Part shown: positions 24,436 through 34,234 of the stretch, one piece after another
How positions within the stretch are numbered: the stretch's first letter is position 1
How the letters are laid out: the number at the start of each line of letters is the position of its first letter
Virus record (IMG/VR): IMGVR_UViG_3300049019_000002
Coordinates: 1 to 48,620 of that record
Length of the DNA: 48,620 nucleotides
DNA from: a virus
Reading direction: 5' to 3' (one strand)
Translations under genes and position numbers: made by a program
The notes under the pieces: generated by a model
Told to the model about the DNA's origin: nothing
Seen by the model: only the letters and a program-made list of their open reading frames with translations
The model's database searches: none

Positions 24436-25705
24436 TCCATCTCAACTTATCATGACAAAGTCTATGGGTCTGATTCCTGATATGTTTGCTGTAGATGGTC
24501 ACAAGTTCATCTATATGGCTTTACTCTATCTATATGACAAGCAGGCAGAATTAGACCCAATTGCTATCACAAATGTTTTTACTGACGAGAATGCAAACAA
24601 GGCAATTAACGAGATTGGCGGCATTGACTATCTGGAGCAACTGGCAAGAGTCGATGTGGCTCCTAACACAAAGATGCTTGTCGAGCAAATCATTCAAGCC
24701 TCCGCCAGACGTGATGTTCGAGCTAAAGCTCTTGAGGTAGCTGAAAGAGCGCTTCACGATCACAGCACACCGTTAGATGAATACCTTTCAGGGGTAGAGA
24801 CTCAATTTAGGAATATCGGGCTTGAATACTCGGTGGGTCAGTCAGTTAAGAAACTCGGTGAGGGCATCAAGGAAAGAATGAAGCAACGAGCCAGAGCCCC
24901 AAAAGATGTAATAGGTATCAAAACGGGATGGGAACCATTTGACTTAGCCGCAAGGGGTTTAGTTGACGGAGAGCTCACCATCATAGGAGCAAGACCAAAA
25001 GTTGGGAAATCAACGGTATTGCTCAACTGGTCTAAAAAGATATGCCATGATGATGACATACCCGTTTTGTATATCGACACGGAGAATTACTCTCATGAAC
25101 AAGAAGACAGGCTCCTTTCATTGATATCTGGAGTTGATCATACTGAGATTGAGAACGGTCAGTTCGCAAAGGACACCTTCAATGGAACAGCTAAAGATAA
25201 AATGAAAGCTGTGGCAGAAGCATCAAGGATTATCGAATCAGGAAACTTTTATCATATTTACTTACCATTCTTTACACCTGAGAAGATTGAACACATCGTG
25301 AGAGAATATCAGATCAACCACGGAATTAAACTGGTGTGTTTCGATTACATCAAACTCCCTTCAAGTGACAGCAAGTTGGGTGACAAAGAGTGGCAACAAT
25401 TAGGGTACTTGACGAGTAAACTCAAGGACTTAGCAGGAACCACTCAACTTCCAATCATATCCGCTGTACAGCTTAACAGAAGTGGGAACAACGATGATGC
25501 CAGCTCTGATAATATTGGCGGATCAGACCGCATTCTACAGCTTGCAAACAGGGTATGTATTTTCAGAAGAACAACACCTGATGAGTTTACAGCAACAGGA
25601 GCGACTCATATGTTCAAGATTTCAGACCAACGAACAGGGAAGCCCCTTGACTGGACTCCTGTAAAATCAGACGGTAAGACATGGAGGCTGGAGATGATTG
25701 GCTAA
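24356..25705 (+). CDS. dnaB: replicative DNA helicase (DnaB family)
   Basis: N-terminal ERALISIILSDP, Walker A GARPKVGKST, Walker B-like LVCFDYI, and ...SAVQLNR. Confidence 0.85.
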   Translation: MTHKTNLKEEIHRHGSERALISIILSDPSQLIMTKSMGLIPDMFAVDGHKFIYMALLYLYDKQAELDPIAITNVFTDENANKAINEIGGIDYLEQLARVDVAPNTKMLVEQIIQASARRDVRAKALEVAERALHDHSTPLDEYLSGVETQFRNIGLEYSVGQSVKKLGEGIKERMKQRARAPKDVIGIKTGWEPFDLAARGLVDGELTIIGARPKVGKSTVLLNWSKKICHDDDIPVLYIDTENYSHEQEDRLLSLISGVDHTEIENGQFAKDTFNGTAKDKMKAVAEASRIIESGNFYHIYLPFFTPEKIEHIVREYQINHGIKLVCFDYIKLPSSDSKLGDKEWQQLGYLTSKLKDLAGTTQLPIISAVQLNRSGNNDDASSDNIGGSDRILQLANRVCIFRRTTPDEFTATGATHMFKISDQRTGKPLDWTPVKSDGKTWRLEMIG

Positions 25706-26708
25706 AATAGCGACCGACCGCATACTAAAAGCCGTTGACATGAGGGAGTTGATTTCTCACTACGGAGGCAAACCAACAGGACGAGGAGAGATACGCTCCT
25801 CATGTGTTTGTCACGGTGGAGACAACCCAACTGCAATGGTGAGTAACGAAAAAGATAAACTCTTCTATTGTCATACTCAAGGGTGCTCTGGTGATGCGTT
25901 TGACCTCGTTATGAAAGCTGAGGATTACACCTTCAAGGAGGCGGCTTACAAGCTGGCTGAACTATTTGAAGTCTCGGTGGATTGGAGCAATGAAACCATC
26001 GAGGAGCGTCCTCACTCAGAAGAAGCCAGAAAGTTTATCGAACGCATGATGAGAAAGCAAGACAAGAAGGAACTTCCTACATTCAAGATGCCGAGAATGA
26101 AACTGGCAAAGGTCAGCTCGTACAGAGGATACTCACCAGAAACTATCTCACATTGGAAGTTCTTTCTTGCTAAAGATGGAGAACTACAAGACAGGATTAT
26201 TATTCCCTTCGAGGATGTGGACAACCGACTTGTTGGTATCACTGGCAGGGCAACAAAAGCAGATCAACCAGAGAAGTTCATGCACCGACCAAGGAACCTA
26301 CACACAGGATTTTTCCTCACAGGGCTAGGACGAAACAAGAAGTTCCTAGAAGAGTACGGCTATACAGTGAAGATCGTTGAGGGTGTCTTTGATTGTGCTC
26401 GCTGGTATGACTCAGGACATAAAAACGTTTGTGCTCCTATCGGGGTATTCTTCACAGAAGAGCACATTGAGCAACTCTACAAAGCGGGAGTAATTGGTAT
26501 TGATCTTGGTTTTGATAATGACCCAGCAGGGAGAAACGGAATTAGGAGAGCCATCAAGAGGGCTAAATACAAATTTGATATAAACGTTCTAGTGTACCCA
26601 GAAGGTAAAGACGCTGATGACTGCACCAAAGAAGAGCTTGACGAGGTAGACAAAAACAAGTTGCCATACAAAGAGTGGTTAAAACAATTCGGGGAGGAAC
26701 AAGAATAA
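25698..26708 (+). CDS. dnaG: DNA primase (CHC2 zinc finger + TOPRIM)
   Basis: CVCHGGDNPTAMV...FYCHTQGCSGDAFDL zinc finger. TOPRIM motifs IVEGVFDC and LGFDNDPAG. TTG start follows GGAGG. Confidence 0.8.
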   Translation: MAKIATDRILKAVDMRELISHYGGKPTGRGEIRSSCVCHGGDNPTAMVSNEKDKLFYCHTQGCSGDAFDLVMKAEDYTFKEAAYKLAELFEVSVDWSNETIEERPHSEEARKFIERMMRKQDKKELPTFKMPRMKLAKVSSYRGYSPETISHWKFFLAKDGELQDRIIIPFEDVDNRLVGITGRATKADQPEKFMHRPRNLHTGFFLTGLGRNKKFLEEYGYTVKIVEGVFDCARWYDSGHKNVCAPIGVFFTEEHIEQLYKAGVIGIDLGFDNDPAGRNGIRRAIKRAKYKFDINVLVYPEGKDADDCTKEELDEVDKNKLPYKEWLKQFGEEQE

Positions 26709-27061
26709 TGAAAATTGACAAAGAATTATTAGATAGTTTTTCTGAGCCATACAACGATGGTGGAAGACAAGAGATAGTAAACAATGTTAACTTAGCAAAT
26801 GAAATGGCTTTAGAGCATCCTATCTTACAAATGCTAAGTCTGATGAATACTCCAGAGGAAAACAACCTTTTGAAAGTAAAGTCAGTTTCTCAGGTAATCG
26901 CTCATGCTAACCTTTATTTAAAGTCAGTTGGTGAAACAAACTATATCCATGTAAAAGAGATCAACTCTTTATCTGAGAAGATTGATAACCTAGAGAAGTT
27001 CCATGGCAAGTCAATTGACGATATCCTCCAAGAGCATGAAGAGGAAGATGACGATGAGTAA
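26708..27061 (+). CDS. hypothetical protein with an acidic tail (117 aa)
   Basis: ATG at 26708 overlaps the primase stop. It ends in EEEDDDE. Confidence 0.55.
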   Translation: MKIDKELLDSFSEPYNDGGRQEIVNNVNLANEMALEHPILQMLSLMNTPEENNLLKVKSVSQVIAHANLYLKSVGETNYIHVKEINSLSEKIDNLEKFHGKSIDDILQEHEEEDDDE

Positions 27062-27389
27062 AAGGAACAGCCCTATTAATTTTGCACGCTTAGGTGATCA
27101 TGTCAACATTCAGCACTATGCAAGAGACGTGCTAGGTGAGATGCCAGCCATTTATGAAAACTCATACAAGAACCCCTTATTGTTAGCTTACATGTATTAC
27201 ACAGAGGGATTGTCAACTATTGAGATGGCTAACATGTTGGGCTGTGAACAGCGAACTATCAGGCGGTATATGAACAAGTACGGACTCAGAAGGTTTACGA
27301 AGGATTTCAGCTTGCTGGTGATGTACCACGGAATTGAAGGAGCCTTGAAGATTCAAGACCCTACATTCTATAACATCACACAGAAATGA
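27054..27389 (+). CDS. helix-turn-helix DNA-binding protein
   Basis: HTH segment LSTIEMANMLGCEQRTIRRYMNKYGL. The start could be 27048 or 27054. Confidence 0.55.
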   Translation: MSKRNSPINFARLGDHVNIQHYARDVLGEMPAIYENSYKNPLLLAYMYYTEGLSTIEMANMLGCEQRTIRRYMNKYGLRRFTKDFSLLVMYHGIEGALKIQDPTFYNITQK

Positions 27390-27401
27390 GGAGGCACTAA
27401 C

Positions 27402-27611
27402 ATGGATTTTAATGCTCAAATGAAATGGCTTGATTACCAGATCAAAAACCTTATCGCAACTCGTGAGGCAATGGGATGGGAAGACTTTAAGGGGTCAGAT
27501 GAAGAAGAAAACCTTAAGGCTTTAGTCAGCATCAAATCTGATTACCTACAAGCAAGAGAGAAGGCAAACAATTATAGCTGGCAGAAACACCCTGACAGAA
27601 TGGGTAAGTAA
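27402..27611 (+). CDS. hypothetical protein (69 aa)
   Basis: GAGGAGG RBS. Confidence 0.6.
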   Translation: MDFNAQMKWLDYQIKNLIATREAMGWEDFKGSDEEENLKALVSIKSDYLQAREKANNYSWQKHPDRMGK

Positions 27612-27623
27612 GGAGGACGCAAA

Positions 27624-30600
27624 ATGTGTAAAGTTTGTTTCGTACAGCTTCATAATCATAGTTGCTATTCTGAAAGGGATGCACACTCCCGAATAGATAA
27701 ACTGATTGATCGAGCTATAGAGAATAAACAAAAAGCTATCGGGCTCACAGATCATGGAGCCATGCATGGTATACCCGAATTCATGAACCTCGCAAAGGAA
27801 AAAGGCATTAAAGGGATCGCTGGCTTTGAGGGTTATATGACAATGGGAGACAAAAAAGATAAAACCGAGAAGCATTACCACCAGTTGCTACTTGCTAAAA
27901 ACGAGGTAGGATTCAGAAACCTGATGAAGCTTTCCTCTATGGGATTCATTGACGGATTTCATGGGAGACCACGCTTTAGCTTTGATGACCTCTTAAAACA
28001 CTCTGAGGGGGTTGTAGTAACGAGTTCTTGCTTAGCTGGTGTTATCCCTCAAGCAATCCTTGAAGGCGATGAGAGGAAAGCCAAAGAGCTAATTAGGAAG
28101 TTCTCTGAACTAGATGATTTTTACCTTGAAGTACAACCAACTCCAATGAGTGAACAAAAGATGGTTAATGACTTTTTATTCGCTGAGAGTAAGCGTACTG
28201 GCGTACCTCTCTTGGCAACCTGTGATGTTCACTATGTAGACCAAGCAGATATGAAAGCTCATCAAGGTATGTTGTGCCTAGCAAGGAAAGCAACAATGGA
28301 CGATCCTCCAGCTTACCCTAGTGAGGAAAGTTACTGGCTCAAAGGTAGTAAGCAAGTGTTCATGGACTTTATCAAGCAGGGATACCCAAAAGATCAAGTC
28401 ATCGAAGCAATGAACAACACTGGAAAGGTTGCCGACAAGGTGGACTTCGATCTCAAGAAGGACAAAGACCTACTACCTGTATTCCCCTTAGAGGGAGGAA
28501 CAACGAGCTTAAAACAAATTCAATCCATGATCAAGGACGGTCTAAAAAGAAAGATTCCAAAGGTGACTACAACCTATATGGAACGTGTCAAGTTTGAGCT
28601 TGGAGTCATTTCTCAAAAGGGATATATCGACTATTTCCTTATCGTGGCTGATGCTATTAAGTGGTGCAAGGAACAGGGAATTTTGATCAACTTTGGTCGT
28701 GGCTCTGGAGCTGGCTCCCTTGTTGCTTACCTGCTGGATATCACAGAGGTTGACCCTATCAAGCACGGATTATTCTTTGAACGCTTCCTTGATATCACAA
28801 GACAGAAGATGCCCGATATTGATACAGACATCCAGTCAGAGCGCCGTCATGAATTGTTCACCTACCTCAAGAGGAAGTACGGATATGACCGAGTGGCTCA
28901 GGTGACAAACTATACAAAGATGTCTGCTAAGTCAGCCTTTAAAAATGCCTTGATGATTTATGATGTACCATTCGGTAAGTCTCAAGAGATCACAAACCTG
29001 ATTCCTGACAAGATGCTCATTGAAGAGGTATACCAAGTGGTTCCAAAGCTCGCCAAGATGAGAAAAGAAACAGTTGAAACCAAGCAGGGAAAACGAATCC
29101 CTCTTGAGGATATATTCACAATGGCGGAAGCTTTTGAGGGTGTTATCAGCAATACATCCATCCATGCTGGAGGCATTCTTATTACTCCAGACGAGTTAAC
29201 CAATCACTTTCCTTTACATGGAACAAGAGAAGAAACCGCCGTGCAGTGGAACAAGGATGATGTTGAGGAAATGGGCGGAGTCAAGTTTGACTTCCTCGGT
29301 CTGAAAACACTGTCCATTGTTGGGTCATGCCTAGAGTCAATCAAAAAGGAAACAGGGGAAGACCTTGATATCTATGAGATCGCCAGAAAAGCAGACGACC
29401 CAGCGGTATATGAGCGCATCTCGAAAGGATTGACAAGCAACTCCTTCCAGCTTAACTCAAGTGGAATGCGTGATTTATGTAAGCAGGTTCAACCTACCGA
29501 GTTTAAGCACATTGTGGCGATCAATGCTTTGTACCGTCCACCAGCTCTAGCCTCTGGAGATACTTGGAGATATGCCAACATCAAGAATGGCAGAGAGGAA
29601 GAGCGATACAGCCACCCAGAAGAGAAGCAGATCACAGGCGAGACTTACGGGGTTATAACCTATCAAGAGCACGTTATGCAACTTGTTCATCACTTCGCTG
29701 GCTGGGATTATGGACGAGGTGACAAGCTTCGTAAGATGAGTGCTGAACAACTAGAGGACTTGAGAGATGAGTTTGTAAGAGACTGCTTTGGAAATGGTTA
29801 TGGTTCATACTCCGAGGAAATGAGCCAGCTATGGGATCGAATCGTGCAGTACATGGGTTACGGGTTCAACAAGTCTCACGGAGTAGCGTACTCCATGCTT
29901 ACTTACTTGACGGTTTACCTTGAGCATTACTACCCAGAACACTATATGTCAGCGATCCTGACGAGTAAAATGTCTGACCAAGAAGTTCTGGCTAAAGTGT
30001 TCCAAGATATCAAGAGAGAAAACTTTGAGGTTATCGCTCCAGACGTAAATAAATCAGAGCTTTCATTCGTTGCCTCTCAGGGTAAAATCATTTTCCCATT
30101 AGGGATGATTAACGGTGTAGGAGAAAAAGCCGTTGTCGAGCTCTTGAATCAAAGACCTTTCACTTCACTAGATGACGCATTCGAGAGGGTTAACAAAAGA
30201 ATTGTAACCAAGCGAGCTATGAAACCATTAATCTTTGGGGGAGCATTTGACAGCCTTCATCCTGACTTGACTAGAAAAGAAATCTATGTTAAGTATCTCG
30301 AACTCAAAGGGGAGCCAAAGAAAACCATCGAGGAAGCCAAGGAAATGGAATGGAATGAAAACATCATGGCTGATGAGGAGAAAGAACTACTAGGTGTCTA
30401 TGTCACTTATAACCCAATGGATAAATACCACCTCAAGCCTTGGAGCTCATTCGCTGATGGAGTCAAGGGAGCATTCACAGCAGGACAAATCTCTAAGATA
30501 AAAGCATTCAACGACAAGAACGGTAACCGCATGGCTTTTGCCTCTGTAGATACTCAAGAGGGTGTCAGAGAGCTAGTCATCTTTAGCCACATCTACGGTT

Positions 30601-30698
30601 CAAATAGTGATGTTATCAAGAAAAATAAAAAGGTGATGGCAGAAGGAAGACGAGACGGCGAAAAGCTAATTGTCGATACCATCAAGGAGCTGGATTAA
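27624..30698 (+). CDS. dnaE: DNA polymerase III alpha subunit (DnaE-type, PHP domain)
   Basis: PHP motif LHNHSCYSERDAHS, palm motifs GRGSGAGSLVAYLLDITEVDP and FERFL...MPDIDTD. 1024 aa. Confidence 0.9.
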   Translation: MCKVCFVQLHNHSCYSERDAHSRIDKLIDRAIENKQKAIGLTDHGAMHGIPEFMNLAKEKGIKGIAGFEGYMTMGDKKDKTEKHYHQLLLAKNEVGFRNLMKLSSMGFIDGFHGRPRFSFDDLLKHSEGVVVTSSCLAGVIPQAILEGDERKAKELIRKFSELDDFYLEVQPTPMSEQKMVNDFLFAESKRTGVPLLATCDVHYVDQADMKAHQGMLCLARKATMDDPPAYPSEESYWLKGSKQVFMDFIKQGYPKDQVIEAMNNTGKVADKVDFDLKKDKDLLPVFPLEGGTTSLKQIQSMIKDGLKRKIPKVTTTYMERVKFELGVISQKGYIDYFLIVADAIKWCKEQGILINFGRGSGAGSLVAYLLDITEVDPIKHGLFFERFLDITRQKMPDIDTDIQSERRHELFTYLKRKYGYDRVAQVTNYTKMSAKSAFKNALMIYDVPFGKSQEITNLIPDKMLIEEVYQVVPKLAKMRKETVETKQGKRIPLEDIFTMAEAFEGVISNTSIHAGGILITPDELTNHFPLHGTREETAVQWNKDDVEEMGGVKFDFLGLKTLSIVGSCLESIKKETGEDLDIYEIARKADDPAVYERISKGLTSNSFQLNSSGMRDLCKQVQPTEFKHIVAINALYRPPALASGDTWRYANIKNGREEERYSHPEEKQITGETYGVITYQEHVMQLVHHFAGWDYGRGDKLRKMSAEQLEDLRDEFVRDCFGNGYGSYSEEMSQLWDRIVQYMGYGFNKSHGVAYSMLTYLTVYLEHYYPEHYMSAILTSKMSDQEVLAKVFQDIKRENFEVIAPDVNKSELSFVASQGKIIFPLGMINGVGEKAVVELLNQRPFTSLDDAFERVNKRIVTKRAMKPLIFGGAFDSLHPDLTRKEIYVKYLELKGEPKKTIEEAKEMEWNENIMADEEKELLGVYVTYNPMDKYHLKPWSSFADGVKGAFTAGQISKIKAFNDKNGNRMAFASVDTQEGVRELVIFSHIYGSNSDVIKKNKKVMAEGRRDGEKLIVDTIKELD

Positions 30699-30700
30699 CT

Positions 30701-31546
30701 ATGGCAAGAGCAGATTACCCACTAAAGAGGGCATCTTATTCACAATTAAACACCTTCATGAGTTGCCCTCATGAGTTTTACCTCACTTATATTGCTGGTC
30801 AAAGATCAGACGGAAACAAGTATACCATTGCAGGAAGTAACCTCCATGAGATATTTGAGGCACACAGCAGAGCACAACAAAATGGTAAAGAGCTATCCAG
30901 ACGAGACCTTATGAAGATGTATAACCAAGGTGTAAGGCAATATGATAAGTCAATGTTCATCGACAAGGAAGACTTTTACAAGATGTACGAAAAGGGAGTT
31001 AGCGCTCTAGATCACTTCTTGGACACTTACTATAGTGAGGCATCTCCGTGCTTTATTGAACGTGAATTTATAGCAGACATCGGAGAGGGCATCCCTCTTA
31101 TGAAATCCTTTGTGGATAGAATAGATGGTGACAAGGATGACCCATCGAGCTGGATCGTGACAGATTACAAGACAGGATCAAACCCTAAGAGTAAGAGATA
31201 CTTACAAGATGATTTACAGCTAGGGTTATATGTCGCTCAGATACATTCCGAGTTCGGAGCATACCCAAAAGCTGTCCAGTTTTACCATCCTGTTATAGAT
31301 AAATTCCAAACAGCCATCCATCAAGGTGATGGAGTATACAGATTTACTAATCAGCGTGCTCCAGTGGTTGAGTTCTCTGTCTCAGATATCCTAGTGAGAA
31401 CAAGGCTGGTTGTTGACGCTATCGTGCAAGCTGTGGAGACAAACAGCTTCCCTAAAAACATTAGACCGTTTGAGTGTAAATTCTGCTTTAAGTTTCAGGA
31501 TGGTTCATGTGAGCCTTTCAAGAAAACTGGATGGGGTGCATTATGA
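30701..31546 (+). CDS. PD-(D/E)XK exonuclease, Cas4/RecB-like with Fe-S cysteines
   Basis: N-terminal Cys (MSCPHEFY) plus C-terminal CKFCFKFQDGSC. Core motif DRID...VTDYKTG. Confidence 0.7.
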   Translation: MARADYPLKRASYSQLNTFMSCPHEFYLTYIAGQRSDGNKYTIAGSNLHEIFEAHSRAQQNGKELSRRDLMKMYNQGVRQYDKSMFIDKEDFYKMYEKGVSALDHFLDTYYSEASPCFIEREFIADIGEGIPLMKSFVDRIDGDKDDPSSWIVTDYKTGSNPKSKRYLQDDLQLGLYVAQIHSEFGAYPKAVQFYHPVIDKFQTAIHQGDGVYRFTNQRAPVVEFSVSDILVRTRLVVDAIVQAVETNSFPKNIRPFECKFCFKFQDGSCEPFKKTGWGAL

Positions 31547-32049
31547 AAAAACGTAACGGCAAGTTTAACGCCAGCAAAACAGAGGTTGACGGAATTGTAT
31601 TTGACAGCAAAGCAGAGGCAGAATTTCACTTATGGCTAAAGGAGATACAACCCTTTTTCGGATTCACCTGTCAGTTACAACCAGAATATGTCCTCCTCGA
31701 AAAAACCGTCAAGCATGGTCGAACATTTAACCCAATCAAGTACAAGTCGGATTTTCTTCTGAGGTTCCCTTGTGGAACTGAACTTGTCATAGATGTCAAA
31801 GGGATGCTTACTCCTGAGTTCAAACTCAAAGAAAAATTATTCTTCGCTAATTTTGATGAGGAACTGATCTGTGTCTCTAAAAGTAATATTGATGGCGGAT
31901 GGATCAGAGAACCAAACCTTAAACATAACCGCAAAATCAGGAAAGCTATCAAAGAAGGCGATCTCAAGAAGGCTAATAGATTAGGTGATCCATTGCCAGA
32001 CTTCTACACTGAATTACTTGATAAATTTTTACTCAAGGAGGAAGACTGA
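31543..32049 (+). CDS. DUF1064-type nuclease-fold protein
   Basis: N-terminal KFNASKTEVDGIVFDSKAEAEFHLWL pattern. ATGA overlap with the upstream gene. Confidence 0.55.
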   Translation: MKKRNGKFNASKTEVDGIVFDSKAEAEFHLWLKEIQPFFGFTCQLQPEYVLLEKTVKHGRTFNPIKYKSDFLLRFPCGTELVIDVKGMLTPEFKLKEKLFFANFDEELICVSKSNIDGGWIREPNLKHNRKIRKAIKEGDLKKANRLGDPLPDFYTELLDKFLLKEED

Positions 32050-32321
32050 TGATCATGCCACAATCAGAAGCCGCCAAGATTAGACAAAGTCAATACTTAA
32101 CAGATGAGCAACTCGAAAAGGGTGTCAATGACAGCATCAAGTATGCCCTTGAAAAAATGAAATCACGAGTTGAGTTTGAAATTTATGAGGATGACGCAAC
32201 TAATAAGCAGTGGAAAAACTTAAAAAGAAAAGTAAAAAAAGCTGGATATGAAGTAGTATTTTGCGGAAAGGATCATACTCAAACAAAAACTATGCGTGTG
32301 ATCGAATTTTTAATAGATTAA
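32049..32321 (+). CDS. hypothetical protein (90 aa)
   Basis: GGAGG RBS, TGATG coupling. Confidence 0.55.
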   Translation: MIMPQSEAAKIRQSQYLTDEQLEKGVNDSIKYALEKMKSRVEFEIYEDDATNKQWKNLKRKVKKAGYEVVFCGKDHTQTKTMRVIEFLID

Positions 32322-32324
32322 GTG

Positions 32325-32353
32325 TTGACTAAAAGTATGACCAAGGTTATACT
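32325..32353 (+). promoter_or_regulatory. promoter of the sigma-factor gene (TTGACT-17-TATACT)
   Basis: Hexamers at 32325-32330 and 32348-32353. The spacer contains GTATGACCAAGG, the rc of CCTTGGTCATAC. Confidence 0.65.
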
Positions 32354-32381
32354 AGAGACACACCAAGGAGGACAACCAAAC

Positions 32382-33068
32382 ATGAATAGTTTAAGAGAAC
32401 TAGATCAGTTCCGAGCAAAGATTTCCAAGAAGGTTGCACCCATCAAGAGAGACCAAGACAATGACCGCTTTCTCGTTGGTCAATTTATCAGGGGAACGGA
32501 AGAGGCTGGCTTCGAGCTACTCAAGAAGTATGCTGATGTGGTTTCATACATCTACAACGTACCCCACAAGCCAAAGAACCGAGCAGGATCAACCATCACA
32601 ATTGACTGGACAGCCAGCGACAAAGAGGATTTGTTCCAAGAAATCACGATGCATTTCTTTCAGCTCTGCTATGAGTACGATGTCACTAAGGGAACCTTTG
32701 CGGCTCTGATCATTGGCAAGTTACACAATCGAGTTTATAACACATTCTTTAATGCTGTAGCTGATACCAAGATCAATGAAAGAGCACTTCCAGAGGGTGC
32801 GGACTTCATTGATGAGGCTCGATCCATTCTGAACACCGAGGAAGACGAACGAGAGATCACAACAGAGACAGCCAATCTGTATGCCGCCTTTAATAGCTTG
32901 ACAGATTTACAAAAACAGGTCATCAACCTCATTGTCATTAAAGGATGGACACTCAAAGAATCAGCAGATGAACTTGGAATGTCAAAGCAAGCAACCAGAC
33001 AGGCAAAGGAACGAGCAATTAAAACTATGAGGGATTACCTCGAAGACCTAGAGGAGGTAACAAAGTAA
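32382..33068 (+). CDS. sigma-70 family RNA polymerase sigma factor
   Basis: ATG at 32382 follows AAGGAGG. Region 2-like DLFQEITMHFFQLCYEYD. Region 4 HTH LTDLQKQVINLIVIKGWTLKESADELGMSKQATRQAKERAIKTMR. Confidence 0.75.
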   Translation: MNSLRELDQFRAKISKKVAPIKRDQDNDRFLVGQFIRGTEEAGFELLKKYADVVSYIYNVPHKPKNRAGSTITIDWTASDKEDLFQEITMHFFQLCYEYDVTKGTFAALIIGKLHNRVYNTFFNAVADTKINERALPEGADFIDEARSILNTEEDEREITTETANLYAAFNSLTDLQKQVINLIVIKGWTLKESADELGMSKQATRQAKERAIKTMRDYLEDLEEVTK

Positions 33069-33778
33069 TGACAGAAAAGTATGAGCGCCATATCAAAGTA
33101 TTAGACAAAGGGTATGTACGATATAAGGATCACATGGGGAGCGATCTCACAGTAGCAAATGCCGCTAGGGTTTCATACCACAAGGAGTCTCTTGAGTTAA
33201 CCGAGGCAGATGTACGACTAATCAGGTTCCTAGCCAGAGAGGGTCATACTTCACCGTTTAGACACGCTACATTGCAACTCGAAATGTATGCACCTCTGAT
33301 GGTTGCACGCCAGCATTGGAAATACGTTGTCGGCTCTGACCACACGATGGATGCTTGGAATGAAGGCTCTCGAAGATATGTCAATGATGACGTGGAGTTT
33401 TACCTGCCATTAGCTGATGAGTGGAGAAGTGCTCCAGAGAACTCCAAGCAGGGATCAGGAGAGCCACTACCAGATGAAGAAGGTCTTGAATTGACTGAGG
33501 CTCTTTATAATCACCAAATTGAATCGCTATATCTTTACGAGACAGCCTTGAAACAAGGAGTATGCACCGAGCAAGCAAGGCTATTCCTGCCAGCTTACGG
33601 CTTGTACGTTCGCTACTGGTGGACTGGAAGCCTACAAAGCACATGTCATTTCCTAGCTCAACGCCTTGAGGAAGACAGTCAGGTAGAAATCCAAGAGTAT
33701 GCCAAGGCAGTTCTGATCATTGCTAGAGAGCTTTTCCCTACAGCGGTTGAGCAATTTGTGAAGGATGACAAATCATGA
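33068..33778 (+). CDS. thyX: ThyX (Thy1) family protein, divergent signature
   Basis: N-terminal ThyX pattern (VLDKGYVRY..., AARVSY..., RLIRFLAREGHTSPFRHA) and C-terminal EQARLFLP...HFLAQRL...QVEIQEYA. The RHR(X)7S motif reads RQHWKYVVGS. Confidence 0.6.
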   Translation: MTEKYERHIKVLDKGYVRYKDHMGSDLTVANAARVSYHKESLELTEADVRLIRFLAREGHTSPFRHATLQLEMYAPLMVARQHWKYVVGSDHTMDAWNEGSRRYVNDDVEFYLPLADEWRSAPENSKQGSGEPLPDEEGLELTEALYNHQIESLYLYETALKQGVCTEQARLFLPAYGLYVRYWWTGSLQSTCHFLAQRLEEDSQVEIQEYAKAVLIIARELFPTAVEQFVKDDKS

Positions 33779-33880
33779 TGAGGCGGCTCAAGGAGCTCCC
33801 TCTCTGGTTATACGTCTGGTGGGTTCTTAAGAGGCAAGACCTGATTGACAAATATACGAAACTATAAGGAGGAAATACTC

Positions 33881-34234
33881 ATGAGCTGTTACCATTGCAA
33901 GTTTGCCAAGGACTTTAAGGACTTACCCCGCACAGGTGAACAAGTCAGATGTGCCAAGGCAGAGGAAATGTTTGGTGGAGAACGCTGGGTAGACGTAAGA
34001 CGGTCAGAGAAGACAGGCAAGCTATTGAAACCAAAGTGCGGACAGTACGAGAACGCCGCCGAGGAAGTCCTTAGTATGAGCCAATCAGATGTAAAGAGAT
34101 TAGCAACCAAGAGAACGCCACTCATCAAATGCAAAAACTGCTATGGTAAAGGCAAACTTATGGTGAACATTGGCGGCACTCGTGAGTATACCACTTGTGA
34201 CCAGTGCCACGGTAGAGGAGGGTTCGACAAATGA
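33881..34234 (+). CDS. DnaJ-type zinc-finger protein
   Basis: ATG at 33881 follows AAGGAGG. Motifs CKNCYGKGK and CDQCHGRGG (CxxCxGxG), plus N-terminal CYHC. Confidence 0.6.
   Translation: MSCYHCKFAKDFKDLPRTGEQVRCAKAEEMFGGERWVDVRRSEKTGKLLKPKCGQYENAAEEVLSMSQSDVKRLATKRTPLIKCKNCYGKGKLMVNIGGTREYTTCDQCHGRGGFDK

Noticed and set aside
32322-32381. Upstream starts given by the ORF track for the sigma factor (32322), kinase (36241), 39863 ORF, FtsK (40537) and 33845 ORF.
   Set aside because: For the sigma, kinase and 39863 ORFs the extension covers a promoter or leader. For the FtsK (40537) and 33845 ORFs it has no RBS. In every case an internal ATG with an AAGGAGG-type RBS lies at proper spacing.
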